Of a DNA stretch of 64,000 nucleotides, positions 26,647-40,500 are shown in pieces. This stretch comes from Daphnia carinata (taxonomy: Eukaryota). Within the stretch, counting starts at the first letter, position 1, and each line of letters begins with the position of its first letter. Below the pieces are notes generated by a model. That model did no database searches. It was not told the DNA's origin and saw nothing but the letters and a program-made list of their open reading frames with translations. The stretch lies in contig NC_081331.1 in assembly GCF_022539665.2 (NCBI RefSeq), forward strand, positions 11,718,001-11,782,000, in the 5' to 3' direction. Position numbers and translations under genes: made by a program.

Positions 26647-29600
26647 AATAACTGAAGCCGGGGAGGAGTAGATTGTGTGGCCCAATCATCGATGATGGAT
26701 GGTCCTTCTAGGTCGGTATTTTGCGCCATGATCAAAAGACTAATTTATTGACTACTTGGGGGCGGGATACGATTGCATGTTTGATTTCTCTAGAAGACGA
26801 AGAAAGGGGGATCCATCCTGACGAGGCGATCGTCTTTCCTTTTTTTTTTCTTTTTACTTCCTTTAAGGTCTTTTGCCTTTTTGCCCATTTTTCTCCCAGG
26901 AAACGGGACAAAAGGAAATATAAAAAAATACACACGAAACGGTTACAAGCAGACCTGTTTATGGAGGCTTCATTGTGAACTCGATAGTTTATTGAAGGGG
27001 CAAAACCACTTGATGATCCTATTCTTCCCTATTGCGTGGAGGTTATACCAATTTTGAAAATGTAGTCATGTCGATAATGTGAACGATTTTCATAATTTCT
27101 CTCGTTTGCTCCATAGAAGCAACCCTGTAACGACGCGCACAATGGTGGCCTAACGAGTAAAACAATTATCGTACCAAATAAACGAATCGTCTTCAAATTT
27201 TCTCCGCGTTCCTATTCACCCATTCAAATGAAAATGTTTTGAATGTAAATGCTCGATTGATTTGCGACGCAGGAAGCTGGCAAACTTAACAACCGGCTCT
27301 TGTCCCGATCACGACGCTGCAACGTCCAAGTTTAGTACAAGTTTGTTTTGACGTTGCAATGTTATTTACAATTTAAAAGGAAATAAGGCACGAAAAAAAT
27401 AAATAAAAAATTCATATAAAGAGAAGTATTTGAATAGAAAATGGCTGTTGATGTTGTTCTTGTTCGTCCGCTGAGGGTCACCGGTAAGGTCACGATTCAC
27501 CGCTCTCAGTGAATTCTATCAAAAGACGAAACGACATTCGAGAGAGTAAAGAACTAAGTACTGGCAAAGCGCAGGGGACGCATTCCGATCGATAGTGAAG
27601 GCCAAACAAACAAGCAACATGTAAACACGCAGCACACACACACACACAAAACCAGCCGGAGCAAAAGCAAGGACGATGAAAAGAGCCACCCAATTCTTTT
27701 TTGGATGGTCTCTTTTTTTTTTCTTTCCTTCTTCTATATCAAGGGCCTGTCATGGTAATTACCCTCGAGCTTGTCACACAAAACGGTCGCTAATACGACG
27801 CACGGCGTAAAAAAAAAAATCCGGTCCTCCTCACCTCTTCCAATTCAGCGCTCACTTTCAAATTGAGAGAGATGCTCACCTGCAGTCCTCAATGCCGAGC
27901 CTTTTTTTTTTCTTTTCATAAAAGTTCCCCTCAATCCTTTTGTGTGTGCTGTTTCGCAGAACATCATTTTCTTTTCTGTCTACAGTTTATTCATCTGGTG
28001 AAAAACTCTCCTTTGCATCTTTTGTGTCAGTTTGTCCAGGTGAAGGAGATGGGCGCCGTGGCAGTTCCTATTGAAATCGGGGCTCGAGTGTGGCCGTCCG
28101 TGCAAAATTACTTTTCAATGAGACGGGCAAAAATAATAAATACGACAGTAGAGCGGATGAAGAGAAAAAGGAAAAGGGAAAATTGTAGGAACGGGTTGAG
28201 ATATTTTTTTTTTTTAATATGGAGGCGCCCGCCGCTATCGGAAAAGCAAAACAGGGCGAGACAAAAAGAAAAAGAAACATAAAGAAATCATATCGAAATA
28301 AATTCTTCTATCTCATTTCCGACATCAATGTATACTTTACATTGAAAGAGGGAAAGCTTTGAGATAAAAAGACTTTCTTTTTTCGTGTTGTCCCCTTTCT
28401 TATTATTGCTACTTCTAGCTTATTTTGCCTGAACGGAATTATTAAACCCGTGCGCACACCGTTCCACCGGGAAATGATCTTAAATTAACGATAAGAAGCT
28501 TACGGTATCAAGAAATCTTTTTAATAGAAGAGGCAAAAAAAAGGGTGGGGGGGAGGAGAATCGCGTATACATACAGAATAATAGAAAATAGATGATGAAT
28601 CGAAAGCGGAGCGAGAAAGACGATGTAAAAGGCCTATGGGCTTCTGCTTGACTTACTATTCTCATTTCCCATTTGTTTTCATTTTGCGCATCTACTTTAG
28701 CGGTTGAACGCACACAATACCAACGTGATTGCACAAACTGGGCGCTATTAGAGCGCCTTTAACCTTCGCTGGCCCGCTTTGGCGGTACAATTAATTCTAT
28801 AGCGGCCTGATTCTCTCATCTTGAAGCGAAAAAAAAAAATGGAGGAAACAACGGCAAAAAATGAACCGGAAACTTTAAGGTTTGAGGAAATTTTAATTAC
28901 ATCGACTGTGTTAAAGTTGGACGGTAATTGAATTGCGGCCCAAGGTGTGGTCTATCAAATTAAAGCTCCGTATAAACTGAATGCAACAGACGGTTAATAT
29001 TTTCCCATTGGAGAAGCATTTCGCTTACCTCTAGGAATAAACGCAATCCATAATGCATTTCATTTCGGCCGGTGCCATTTTTACTTCTTAATAGAAAAAT
29101 CAGAGCGAGCGCCTTTCAATAGAAATGCGCGTTAAAATTATGTTCAAATTTTGTGTTCCTTTTTTTTATATATATATATATTTTAACAATGTCGGCTATT
29201 ACATGGTGTATCTATACACGTACAAGTATACGCCGTGAAAGGAAACAAGCCAAAATATAAGCGCCGAATGGCCAAAGTGTGTCGGCAATAGCCATTTGCT
29301 TATAAACGGCCAATTTGTCAATCACGATATTGCGTTACCCGAGACATTGATTTCCTCTGGCTGGACCGTGTTTTACGTCTCTTGTTTATTTCTCTCTTTA
29401 CGTCCTTGGAGTTTTCTCTTTGGCAGTTTCTTCGTTGGATCTCTTTTGAATATCTAATAACGAAGATGCAGGCCAACGGTGAATAATAGATAGAATACCG
29501 TAACTATCCTTCTTTCTTTTTTTTTTTTTAAACTTTTCCCAGCCTACAGTCTTTCGGGATATGCTTTGATCCCACAAACCCAAACAGTAATTTGAATATT

Positions 29601-29951
29601 AGATACTATACGTAGAGCGCATTTTCTTCTTCTTGTTCTTTCTTTTATTCGTCTCTTCCTTTACCCTTCAAGAAATCCAATTTTCATTTTCTTTTGTCGA
29701 GGGTGGGGGATCGGGGGGTCCCGAAACCATGCTGGAATCCCGCAGCAGGGGAGCGCATCACCGACACGTTTAGGCCGGGAAAAAAAGACACGCCGGGATT
29801 GTGGCGGCGAAAGAGTAAAAAAGAAGATGACTCGACACGAACGCTTCGATACACACACACACACACAGAGAATGAGGGAGGCGCATCGCAATCGAGGAAT
29901 CATTTGGTACCGTGATGGTTGCTGTTTATTTACAGGGAATCAAGGATATGC

Positions 29952-29954
<3 letters not shown>

Positions 29955-30026
<72 letters not shown>
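29955..30026. repeat. (GA)36 microsatellite
   Basis: Direct reading; it produces the spurious poly-ER ORFs. Confidence 0.98.
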
Positions 30027-30028
<2 letters not shown>

Positions 30029-30996
30029 AGGTGAATATCAAAATAAAATGGATATGATTTATAGTCGAAGGGCTGGCGTTGACCAACCGTTTTTCTTTTT
30101 ATCTTTAAGCTATAGACATATACGCATTCCGCATTGGCATTTTTTTTTTTTTGTTCTTTGGCTTCTTTTTATGTGGTTCTGTCTTTCGATTCGTAGCGGC
30201 TGTTAAAGAGAAACAGAGAGATCCCCCCCGACTGATTCACTTTTATGGCCAGTCACGACGGAGGACGGCCGCCTATGTTTAGATTGTTTGTAACCTATCT
30301 CTTGGGTTTCGTCTTGTCTCTACAGTTGCCTTCGCTTTTAACTAAAACGAAAGTTTTTCATAAGCGATTGGATGGAAGAAAGAGAGAAAGAGAAGAGGGA
30401 GGTTCCGAATTTCCAAGCAAGGACAGTGGGAAAAATCACGGAGCAATGTCAGATATGCAGATATGCATGACAGCTTGGATATGGCGCCACAATCTAAAAT
30501 ATAACAAATTGTTCTGCACATATTTGTGTGTTGCTTTGTTTGTTTTTGTTTTTTTTTGTCTTGCGTTTCTGTTTTGAACTTTTCTTGTATGCATCGAGAT
30601 CGTGGAAAATTCAGTGGGATATAACTCGGAATCATAAATATCAAATGAGATTTAAGAAGTTTGCTGAGCTCGTTTTTCTTGGTGACACTCGTTGCCCAAT
30701 CCGGGATTACTTCCAAAAATGGAATAAATCGAGGTTCTCTGATCAGAAGGCAATATTGTCCAATGAATAGAAAAAGCAAAACATTACTTTTGCATTAGGT
30801 GTAGGGCGAACTATAGATTTATTTAGTTTCTTAACAAAACGGATCCAAAGTTGTTTGAGTGCAACAACCTTAAAATTCAAATAACTTAAAAACTATAAAT
30901 CGCATGTAAAAATAATATCGATTTTCGTCTTTCTCGTTCAATTTTCAATCGGTTTCATGTATTTTTTTTACATATCTAGAATTTTGCGAAAAATGA

Positions 30997-31028
30997 AAAA
31001 GTGAGAAGGCTATAGCCTTCCCACTTTT
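30997..31028. repeat. 32 bp palindrome, copy 1 (one mismatch)
   Basis: AAAAGTGAGAAGGCTATAGCCTTCCCACTTTT read directly; 15/16 pairs. Confidence 0.95.
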
Positions 31029-31525
31029 GTCAAAATCGGCCAAAAATGACAACTCTTAGAATTCGACAAAAATCACAGGGTATAAACAAAATTGAACGCT
31101 GATTTTTATTCTGTGATTGGTTTTCTCGTTAAACCAGCCGTTACAAAAATAATGAAAAAAAATACATATATTTTTGCTTCATCGCGCCAGCGCTGTAACG
31201 TACTGGCGCGCTGGAATTATGTCAAATATTCGGTGTATTTCAAAAACCATTGACTTAATGAAAAAAATAGGAATTTTTCCAGAATCAGCATTCAATTTTG
31301 AGTATATCCTGTGATATTCAATCAATTCCGACGAGTGTCAGTTTTTGTAGTAAAAGATTTTAAGCCCGACTAAATAAGCCCGACTTTTCTTATTTTTTCG
31401 TTTTTTTCCTTTAGTTTAAAAACCGTAAGGCCAATTGGAAAATAAATTGGATTTCTGTGACCAGCATTGAATTTTGAATCGAAACCATGTATTTTAAGTG
31501 AATTTTAAATTTTGCCCAAAAATGA

Positions 31526-31557
31526 AAAAGTGAGAAGGCTATAGTCTTCTCACTTTT
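31526..31557. repeat. 32 bp palindrome, copy 2 (one mismatch)
   Basis: AAAAGTGAGAAGGCTATAGTCTTCTCACTTTT read directly; 15/16 pairs, with the mismatch at a different position from copy 1. Confidence 0.95.
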
Positions 31558-34500
31558 GTCAAAATCGACAAAAAAGGAGATCTCTTGAAACTCGATGAAA
31601 ATCGCACATTATAATCAAAATTTGACGCTGATTTCAAAAATCGAATTTGTTTTCTTGTTAAACTTATCGTTTTTGCAATAAACGGAAGAAAAGTGCCTGT
31701 AGTGCAACAAATTTGCAAAATCATTTTCTACATGAATTTTTTTAAAATACAAGCGCAATGTAAAAAAAAATGACTATGAGGATCCTCGTTTTATTCCGCA
31801 TGAAAAATCCAGCAAAATTAGCTAGTTAAATACCTCTTCGAATTTGAATTACTCACAAACTACGAATCTCACGATGCATTAATCACTGAAATTTGGATTG
31901 TCACTCGCTAGCTATGCAGAATCACTGTAAAAATTATCGCAATTAAAGGTAAATCAGAGAACAGGAGTTTTCGATAAAAATATGGGTCAGATGGCATTAC
32001 GTACAGGACGGAGAGGCTAAAAGAAATCGCAGTGTTTCCATCTAAATGCAGCATCATGCTCGAATCATAGTGGGTTTGGCATCTACACTTGCTGTTTCAT
32101 CTGTATAGTATATTGCACTGATGAGGGTGACACACAAAGAGAAACAAACACGACGGTACAACCAGAGAGAAACAAAAAAGAAAACAAATGGTGTCAGAAG
32201 AATTCCAGGAATGTGTGGGCAAGAAGAAACAAACCGGATACTTCGTCATCCACTAACAATGAACAATGATGTGTTACGTATTGTGGGCGTTTAGAAGGAG
32301 GATCCCAAATGATACCGGCTCAAAAAATAAATAAAAAAAAAAGAACCGATCCCCCCTCCACCAGAGGTGGTATACATATCGCAGCTTGGCGTCGATTTTT
32401 AACAGCCCCCTCAAAAAATAGGAGGATCACGCGATGAATCCAGCCGGCCTTCATTCTCGATGGGGGCGGCTGTTGTAATTTTATACGTTTCGATCGTCGG
32501 CAAATGGACAAATATTCAAAGACGAACAACAATTGGACCGCATACCCAATAAAAAAAAGGGACCGATAGCCGCAGCATTTAAAATTGAGCTTTTTTTTTT
32601 ATTTGTCAGCTGGATAGGGTCGGTTATCGATTCCCGTTCTTCATACCTCGAATTATTACGTCCGCCCGTCCTTTCTCCAAAAGTTTCTTCGGCCAAAGCC
32701 TATGGCGACTGCCGCAGTTTTGTGTCACAAATCTCCACCAAAAGTTTGTTGAAGGGAAACGTGAAATATCAGTCGGGGTCAAAAGCAGCTATCATCAAGC
32801 ACCAGCCACTTTTCCTTCTACTTATTTTATTTTATTTTTTTTTTTTAAAGAGAAATGATTTATTCGTTGAACGACGACGAGTTGCTGCTAGAATGTAGTC
32901 TCCGCATGTGATTTATCTTTATGGTTAGCCCTGTGTGACTGCGAGATGGTTATCGTTAATGGAGACGACGACATTGCCTTATGTAAATGAGCGGAACGAG
33001 ATTTTTTTTTTTCCCCAGTATTTCGTCGTCTCCCTTTTTCGGTTTGACGATGTAAATCACGCGCAATGCCGCAGAGGAAAATCCCGGAAAAAAAGTCCGT
33101 TTTTTAGCAAGCAGCAAATCGGAGCCGGCCGGGTAATGTGTTCCGTCCAACATAATGCGCTATCCTTATATACTTCATGCGCGCTTGATCTATGACGTAC
33201 AGTACTGTGGTAAAACTTATTCGTACGTCATCACGAAGAAAGGGAAGCCTTTGACGTGTATATTGCGCTAACGATGTAGTAGGGAAGACGTCGCTCGTTC
33301 AAATCAAACGCCGTTGAAGCCAAAACCATTGCCACAGCAATATAATCAAAGAGGAAGGAGAGAAGAAAATAAAAACAAAAGTGAAGCCTTTGACTTGCCC
33401 GTGTTCGTCGGATGGATGGCGAGCAAAGTTTTTGGCTCAACGCCCCTATTACTGGCTATCAAAGGAAAGGCCGGCGTCAAGCGTGGGCTTCTATTGCCTC
33501 TCGAGTTTTGTGTATACGAGTTAAGGATATTGTACTTGTAATCGAGGATCAGGACGTTATTGGAAAATAGTGGACATTATTAAAGCTGAAAGTTTGGAGA
33601 GTCGGATAAAGTCGGCCGAGACTTGTTGGCCACTCTTCTCTTTGATAATAATTTGCCTTCTTATCTTACTCTTGACTCTTCCCCCCACCCTCTTTCTACG
33701 CACGTTGCATGCAACTCTTCTAGTAGCTATGTACGGTGCACCATGCTCACCATAATCAATATAAATGTAGAAGAAAAGATTTCGGTCGGCTAGCAAACAC
33801 CCTGTTTTTTTTTTTTCTTCTTTTCTCATAGTGGTCTGCGACGTATCGTACATCTTCGTATAATCCGGCTGCGCCCATCAGCAATAAATTTCTTGACGCT
33901 CACTTTTTTCTTTCTTCCTCACCCAACGTTGGAGACTACAACAAAAAAAGAAAAAGGAGATAAAGAATAAAAACTGGCTTGTACTACCTGTTCTCCTTAT
34001 TCAAAATGCTATAAAGAAAATGGGTGTGAATCTTCGTGAGCTCCAAGTTCGTGACAGCTGGCGCTCCATCTTGTCATCTTAGTTTCAAGATGTCTTCCTT
34101 CGGCCCCTTGTCACGAACCAAATTTCTATATACTTGTACACTCTATATGATAAATACATTTTTAAGTTTCAGAAGAAAAAAAAAGAGAAAACACACCGGG
34201 GCTTGTTTATTCCGTCTCGTCGAGTTCATTGATGCTAGAAAAAATTGGTCCGCTCGGATGCACGCGCCACGGGCAATCCGAGTGTTGATAACAGTCGTGA
34301 AATGTGTCTAGCTAGTAAAAGAAAAAAAAAGGAATGACGCCATCTTAGCCCCTCTTTGCTCGATTCAGAATCGTATGTACCAAATTGGAAATATGGGGAG
34401 GCATAGCCCGTTGAATTGTTTGGCTACCTATTTATTCTTTTAAGTTCCAGATGGCTGGAAGACTTTGTCGATCAAAAGGAGGTCTTTTGTGTATCCAACT

Positions 34501-37500
34501 GTCGATCGAGGAGGCTTGCTCGCTAATAGACGACGACAGTTGGGTCTCATGTTATGTGTTACAATGCTGTGCGCAAACGCCCTCGTCTAACTTCCTCCTT
34601 TTTTTCTTTTCCTTTTTGAAAATGTAAGTTGTTCCGTTTCATTAGGCAAGAAACCTCCCCTTCGTGTTGGAGGCCACCAGCCTCTAGCGACACTCGACGG
34701 ATTTAACGGGCGTCACTTACGTAATGTATCGCTACAACCGGCAACTGTCCTCCTACATAAATAGGATAGGCCTCTTTTGCTTCGCCTACCATATATATAT
34801 TTTCTTTAGCTTTTTTACTGTGCACAGGGACATTTCTTCTTGCACCACCCTCTGGTGCGTATTTACAAGACTCTTAATAGTGAACCGAAAGAAGTCTCCT
34901 ACCCCTGCTGAGCTCTTTTGGCGCTTCTCCGCACAATACTCGAGCCAAAGAAGTACATAATTCAACTCCTGTTTTCCTATTGTGCCAATGAATGCGTAGA
35001 GCCTGTTTGGCCCCATTATTGGGAGGAATTCCTGTCGAACATCGGAATCGATCACGAGAAGAATGAAAAGAAAAGAAAAATCGGCTAGAAGATCCATTGC
35101 TTCATGTCAAAAGGAGAAACAGACGGCCACTGGATCATTCAGTATAACAGCCACTGTCGGTTTCCGCTTTTTTTTTTCTATGACTGCACAGCTTGTTAAG
35201 GCTAGCCGATGCTTCTTGGGCTGTTCATTGTCAATTGTCATCGACTGTTGACCCATTTGCTCTCGCAGGAAAAATCGAAATCCTATCCGCGTTGGCTCGT
35301 TCTTTTCTGGGTGAATGGTTCCCATCACATCCGTCGTCGTGTCGGATTCGAAAGGGCTGGCCATTCATCTCTATGCTCTTTTTTTTAAATGTGGCCTTTT
35401 GACCCGAAAGAGAATACATGTCTGCGTGGCCTTAAAAAAGAAGGATATACCCTAGCGGCCATACGGAGTGAACCCTTTTGTCGCGAACTGACCAAAACAT
35501 ACGGGTGCTAAATAGCAGCAACAGCATCTTTTGTATGTTTTCCTAAATACACACTAGCGCGTACTTGTCCACTTTTTTTTGCCGTCATGCTATTTAATAA
35601 CAGTTTTCCTTTTATTGAAAGGCAATGTGGAAACTACCGCACTCTAACATGGGAGTCCTGTTTTGAAAGAAAATAACTGAAGAAACAAACAGAATAGACA
35701 AAAAGAAGTAGCACAGCACTAGGAAGGTGAACAACTGCTCGACTGACCATCTCATGTAAAAAGCCCTTTTTCAATGAGTTTCAAACAAACTGGAACGTTG
35801 GGCGGAAAAAAAAATGCAGGACTTAATATGTAGTGCCTCGTTTGAAACTAATGTATAATTATTTTTCGTCTAGGGTTATCGGACTAGTTCGTTTTATTCA
35901 CCTGAATACAACCTTGTTTAAAGTAAATAGTGTAAGCATTGCGGATGGTTCGGTGAATCACCCGAAGCAAGTTTTCATTTCTTTTGTGTTTAATTTCTTA
36001 AACTATTTCTTTTTTTTCCCCTCTATGATGAGAATCAAATAAAAGTATACCTGACGTCTGTTTATGCTCGACGAGGCTTGTTTATGTTTCGCCATCAGCG
36101 CATTTCACGAATGTTTTCACGAAAAGGCATTAAAACGAAACGTGATCGTTATTCGTGGATGACGCAGTTTGCATCACGAACCGTTCCGTACAAACCGAAT
36201 CGTGTGTGTGTTTTGTGTGTGTCTCTGAAAAATATTGGGTTTTCTTTTTTTTTTTTTTTATTATTCTCCGTCGTATTATGCTCACCACTTGACACTGTCC
36301 ATAACTTTTTGCCCGAACGTTTCCACAGTTTATTTCTAAATTTGTTTTTTTCCTCTTCGCTCGCTAGAATTGAAAAATCAATATTTATCATGCAGAGTCA
36401 GCCAAATGTAAATAAATAATTCGGATGGCTGACACACGGAGAGAAATGCCATTGATGGTAATGAACGGGAAAATGTCAATTGTGGTTTCCAGTTACGCAG
36501 TTTTTTTTTTGCAATTTCTTCTTCGTCATGACCGAGCAAGTTGGCAAAGTGGGTGATCGTTTTATGTGAGTTTCTCTTGTCTGGTTGTTTTTGTTTGGTC
36601 ATTGTCGAGTGTTGAAAAACGACCGTAACGCTCTCCCACTGATGAGTTGTTAGACGACTCTGCAGATGTTAGGACGAGTCACTTTTCTTGTTTACTGTTA
36701 AACACGTCATTTCCTAGAACGTTTTCTCGAGTGCCAAACAGTTCGACGAGTTCAAAAGCCTTTTCTATAAACGCATCGTAGGCAAGTGGTGGCCATTGAA
36801 AATGTAATAGATCTCCATCTCGTATTTTTGTTGATGTTGCATCATTTAATTTCACCATGAAATTTTTTTTTTTTTCGTTTCGAAAAGAAAATGCCTCATA
36901 TAATTCAACTCTGTTCCGAGTTTCTTTTTCTTTTTTTCCGTTCTTTTTTTTCTTCTTTTTTATTTTATCAAGATGCATCCATACGGAATATATGCACGGT
37001 GAATTTCTCGGTTGGGTGCAAGATGAAGCGTTAGATTAGAACGCCACTACTAAATTTGGTATTTTTGACGGCTTCCACAAAATGGGAAACTATACACCCC
37101 CCCTTTAAGAATAAAAGAAACCCCCTTTCCTTTAAAAAAGAAAACGAATAAAATGCAACACCCTCATGCCTGCTCCCGTCTATTTCCATGAATTTATGGG
37201 GCCCCCACTCTGGTCATGAAAATCACTATAAATTTCACCTCGACGCGACGTCTCTTCTCTTCAAAAAAGCCCATATCTGTGTAGCTTTTTTTAAAGTGTA
37301 TGGTGCCCAAAGAGTGTATGCGATAGACGGTCAGCATATATACACATAACTGGTTGTATTGTATTGTGTAGCGCTATAGTTTAGAAAAAGAAGTCGACAA
37401 AAATGCATCTTCCTGTTAGGAAAGAGGGAGTCTAGAGAGTCTCAAACGCAATGAAACTGAATGGAATCGTCTTTCTTGAAATTCTTTTATCTTCTTCTGA

Positions 37501-40500
37501 CCTGAGTTGGGTTAACTGGAAACGGCACACTCTTTTCTCCATTTTTTAAAGATATTCCATCGCTATTGAGCATAACATTTGAAAAGAGCGCGCAAGGTGA
37601 GAAATATATCCATCCAGCAGACAGCCATTTTTTGGACAAAAAGAAAGGCGTGTATAAATTATGATTCTGTCTTTTTTTTACGGTATATACGTGTGTGACA
37701 TGAGAAAACATTTTAGGAGCCTCCTCTTTTAACTCGTTTCTTCCAAGTGCCGTGGAAAATTTTTTTTTTATCGGGCGGATAATTGATGTACAAACGCACC
37801 CTCTACTCCTCTTTTAAGTGTTTCCCTCCTCTTTTATCTATCTATAACGTTAGAGATTTTTTCATTTCTACAGTCGATGATCCGGTGAAGTGAGCGTGCC
37901 AAATTGCCTTCGAGTTATATGAAACGAGGTGTACGGAAATCTTGGCCCATCAGGCGTATCTATTTTTATTCATAAACGGCCATCGCTGTAGGTGTGAAGA
38001 AATTGGTGGACGTTTGGGAAAAATGTGTATGCGTGTAACACCGGGTCTCGGCTATGGGTGTCAACTGGAACGAATTTCACCGTGGCTCCTTGTGTCGAGT
38101 GCCATAGTCTCATCCGTCCCTCTTCCGTCGGAAACGTCTAATATACAAAGAGAAATAATTCAAAAGACTTTCGGAGATCTTGGCCATATGTTTCGAATTG
38201 CAACACGAAGGTCACGACGCCATTGTTCGAATGGTTGCGTCCCCTCTTCGGGAATGACAACACGTTCGTGTTCAACATTCACCTGTCCCTTTTCCGTGTG
38301 TATTCCTCTTGCGCCACAGCTTGTTTTTTCTTTGTTTACCTGGCCGAATGTTGCAAGAGAGCGGGTCGTTTCTTCTAGTTTCTTCTTTTGTTTCCATTTT
38401 TAACATTCTGTTGCTCTTTTACCTTTCTTTTTCAATAGTTTTGAAGTAACACGGAATGCCGCGGCACGCAAGACAACCGCTTGGCTGTACAACATGTTTG
38501 CCCATTTTGCCTTGTTAGTGTGGCCATCTTTTTGTTGTGTTAGCTTGAAGAACGGACTGAAACATATTCAAGAAGACACACACACAAAAGGAAACAAGTG
38601 CTAGGCGTCGTATCAGTCCGTGGACATTTTTTGCTAACTCATCTTCGATGGTCTTTACCATATGACTCGAATAGTATGTCTATGTTTCTTTATATAACTT
38701 TAGAAGGATAAGAGGACAGATTCTCATCGGGCCAAGTCACCGTATGTGTAAGCGTCCTCGTATGTGTACAACATGAGGATCAAGACCGTTGCTACACCGC
38801 GGGCAACATGACACACGGCTCACGGACAAAGACAAGCGCAACACGGTCGCCTTTTTCTATACCGGATGATTCATCATCAAACTGAGCAATGAAAAAAGAA
38901 GAAAAACTCTTAAGAATTATCTTGCGAAAGAGACCCCGTCATTTCCCTCTTGTGGTGCGACTCCCTTTTTTTTTGTGTGTCTGTTTTGTTATCGGTCACA
39001 ACATTCTCCCTGTTCGTTTTCAACCTCTCCGCAAAGAAACAGAAAAATGTAACGAAGAGGAGGTTCCACTTCGTCCATTGCTTTTCATGGCATTAAAAGA
39101 AAAGATACCCTCACAATATATTGGGTTTTTTTTTTTAAACATATTTTACGACTGTGCGACTTGCTTTCAAATATTTGGGTGATGTACGCAGTCAAAGCGG
39201 TGAGACACGCGAAAGGTTAAAAGTATTTGTCCTGTTCCATGTGAATTCTCACTGTGTCGTTATGGAACTTGGTCGAGAACTTCGGAACCCCCAGCGCAAT
39301 TTAAAAAAGGAATAAGAAAAAGGACACACACAGAAGAAGAAAAAAGGAAACAAAAAACAGTTGTAGACAAAACAAAAAAGAAGACAATGGCTCTCTTTTA
39401 TATTCTTTGCTGATGGGCGTGTGTGTCTGTGGGTGCCCAAAAGAAAAAGCTTTTATGGGGAGTGAATGAGAAGACGGCCGAAATAAAAGAAAAAAAAGAG
39501 GAGACGAATCTTGGAAAGGAGATAGTAGCCGCTGTCTATCTTTCTCGCCGACTCCCCATCGCTACTTTTATTGATGGTTTCAACACGGTTTTCTTCCTTG
39601 GACTTGGCTATCTGGGATTACGCTTTGACCATTCGTTTCTTTTTCCTTTTATTTCTCGTAAGAAGAAGGACTGTGGCGTTATTTGGGCGCTGCAGCACCT
39701 TGTCCCTCCTTGGAAACGAAGAAAGAGAAAATAGATTTACTCTGGGTGAGACGGAGTCCATCGTGGGAGGTCGTTTCCCCAGTGTTTTATCGGCTGACGA
39801 TGGGGTTGACATGATCAACGGTCCTTGATAAAGTCGGCCACATTACCAGCCGACTATACGAAGACTTTTAAGATCGCGACGCAGACTGAAAGGTACAATC
39901 TCGTCGACTATTTATCTTTTACCTGGCTTCCCCATTTTCATCTATAAAAGCGAAACAAAAAGGAATTGGGAACGCACTAAAGGCACGATATAAAACATTC
40001 CCAGGCGATAGGTGCTGCTCGGACTTCAATGGCCGCTGTTAAAAAAAATATATATATATCGGTTCTTTCTCTACACAGATTCTTATCCACACTTGCTGAC
40101 AGCGACTTTTGTTTTGGGTTTCTGTCCGTTGTTGTTGTTTTGCCTCTTTCTTTTCGATTATTATCTGTTAGCCAATGAAAGAGTGCGCAGACCCGAATAG
40201 CCTGTTGATCACCTCTATCTGCCACCCCGTTTTATCCTTCTCGAGGAAGAAGTATACAGCTTCCACTGTTGCAGGATGTCCAGCATAATTTCCCATAATT
40301 TTCCATTTTTCTGACGTAGTTCCGTCAGAATCACGAGGGAGTCGTTTGCTCTTACAAATGAAAAGTGGTGTCAGTAAAATTCGAAAGAGCCGCTTCGTTC
40401 ACATTTTAGAGCCTGAGGTATAGTAAGAACACAAATAAATCCCGATAAAGAGAAAAAAAAAAGAAAGAAAGAGAAACGAGACATTGGTGTATTCAGTTCC

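Larger units (their letters stand above)
30835..32020. mobile_element. Non-autonomous foldback/MITE-like DNA element made of modular direct and inverted subrepeats
   Basis: Direct repeat at 529 bp offset: AAAATGAAAAAGTGAGAAGGCTATAG.CTTC.CACTTTTGTCAAAATCG at ~30990 and ~31519, with diverged similarity on both sides. Inverted arms 31072-31104 and 31283-31315 match 29/33 and flank a GC hairpin at 31183-31210. The left edge follows TTAA (30831-30834) and the right edge ends ...GGACGGAGAGGCTAA. No transposase ORF is present, matching terminal inverted repeats were not found, and the boundaries are approximate. Confidence 0.7.

Noticed and set aside
27554..27562. CTAAGTACT resembling the miR-252 5' end
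   Set aside because: Only 9 nt; the 3' part diverges and there is no hairpin.
29827..30206. Poly-ER 'coiled-coil' ORFs
   Set aside because: They are simply the translation of the (GA)36 microsatellite.
31001..31024. GTGAGAA...TTCCCAC as a Su(H)/CSL paired site
   Set aside because: The spacer is 10 bp rather than about 15-17, the 5' pyrimidine is missing, and the element's palindrome already explains it.
30990..31570. CRISPR-like or prokaryotic operator interpretation of the repeated palindromes
   Set aside because: There are only two copies 529 bp apart with homologous flanks, no spacers or cas genes, and the context is eukaryotic.
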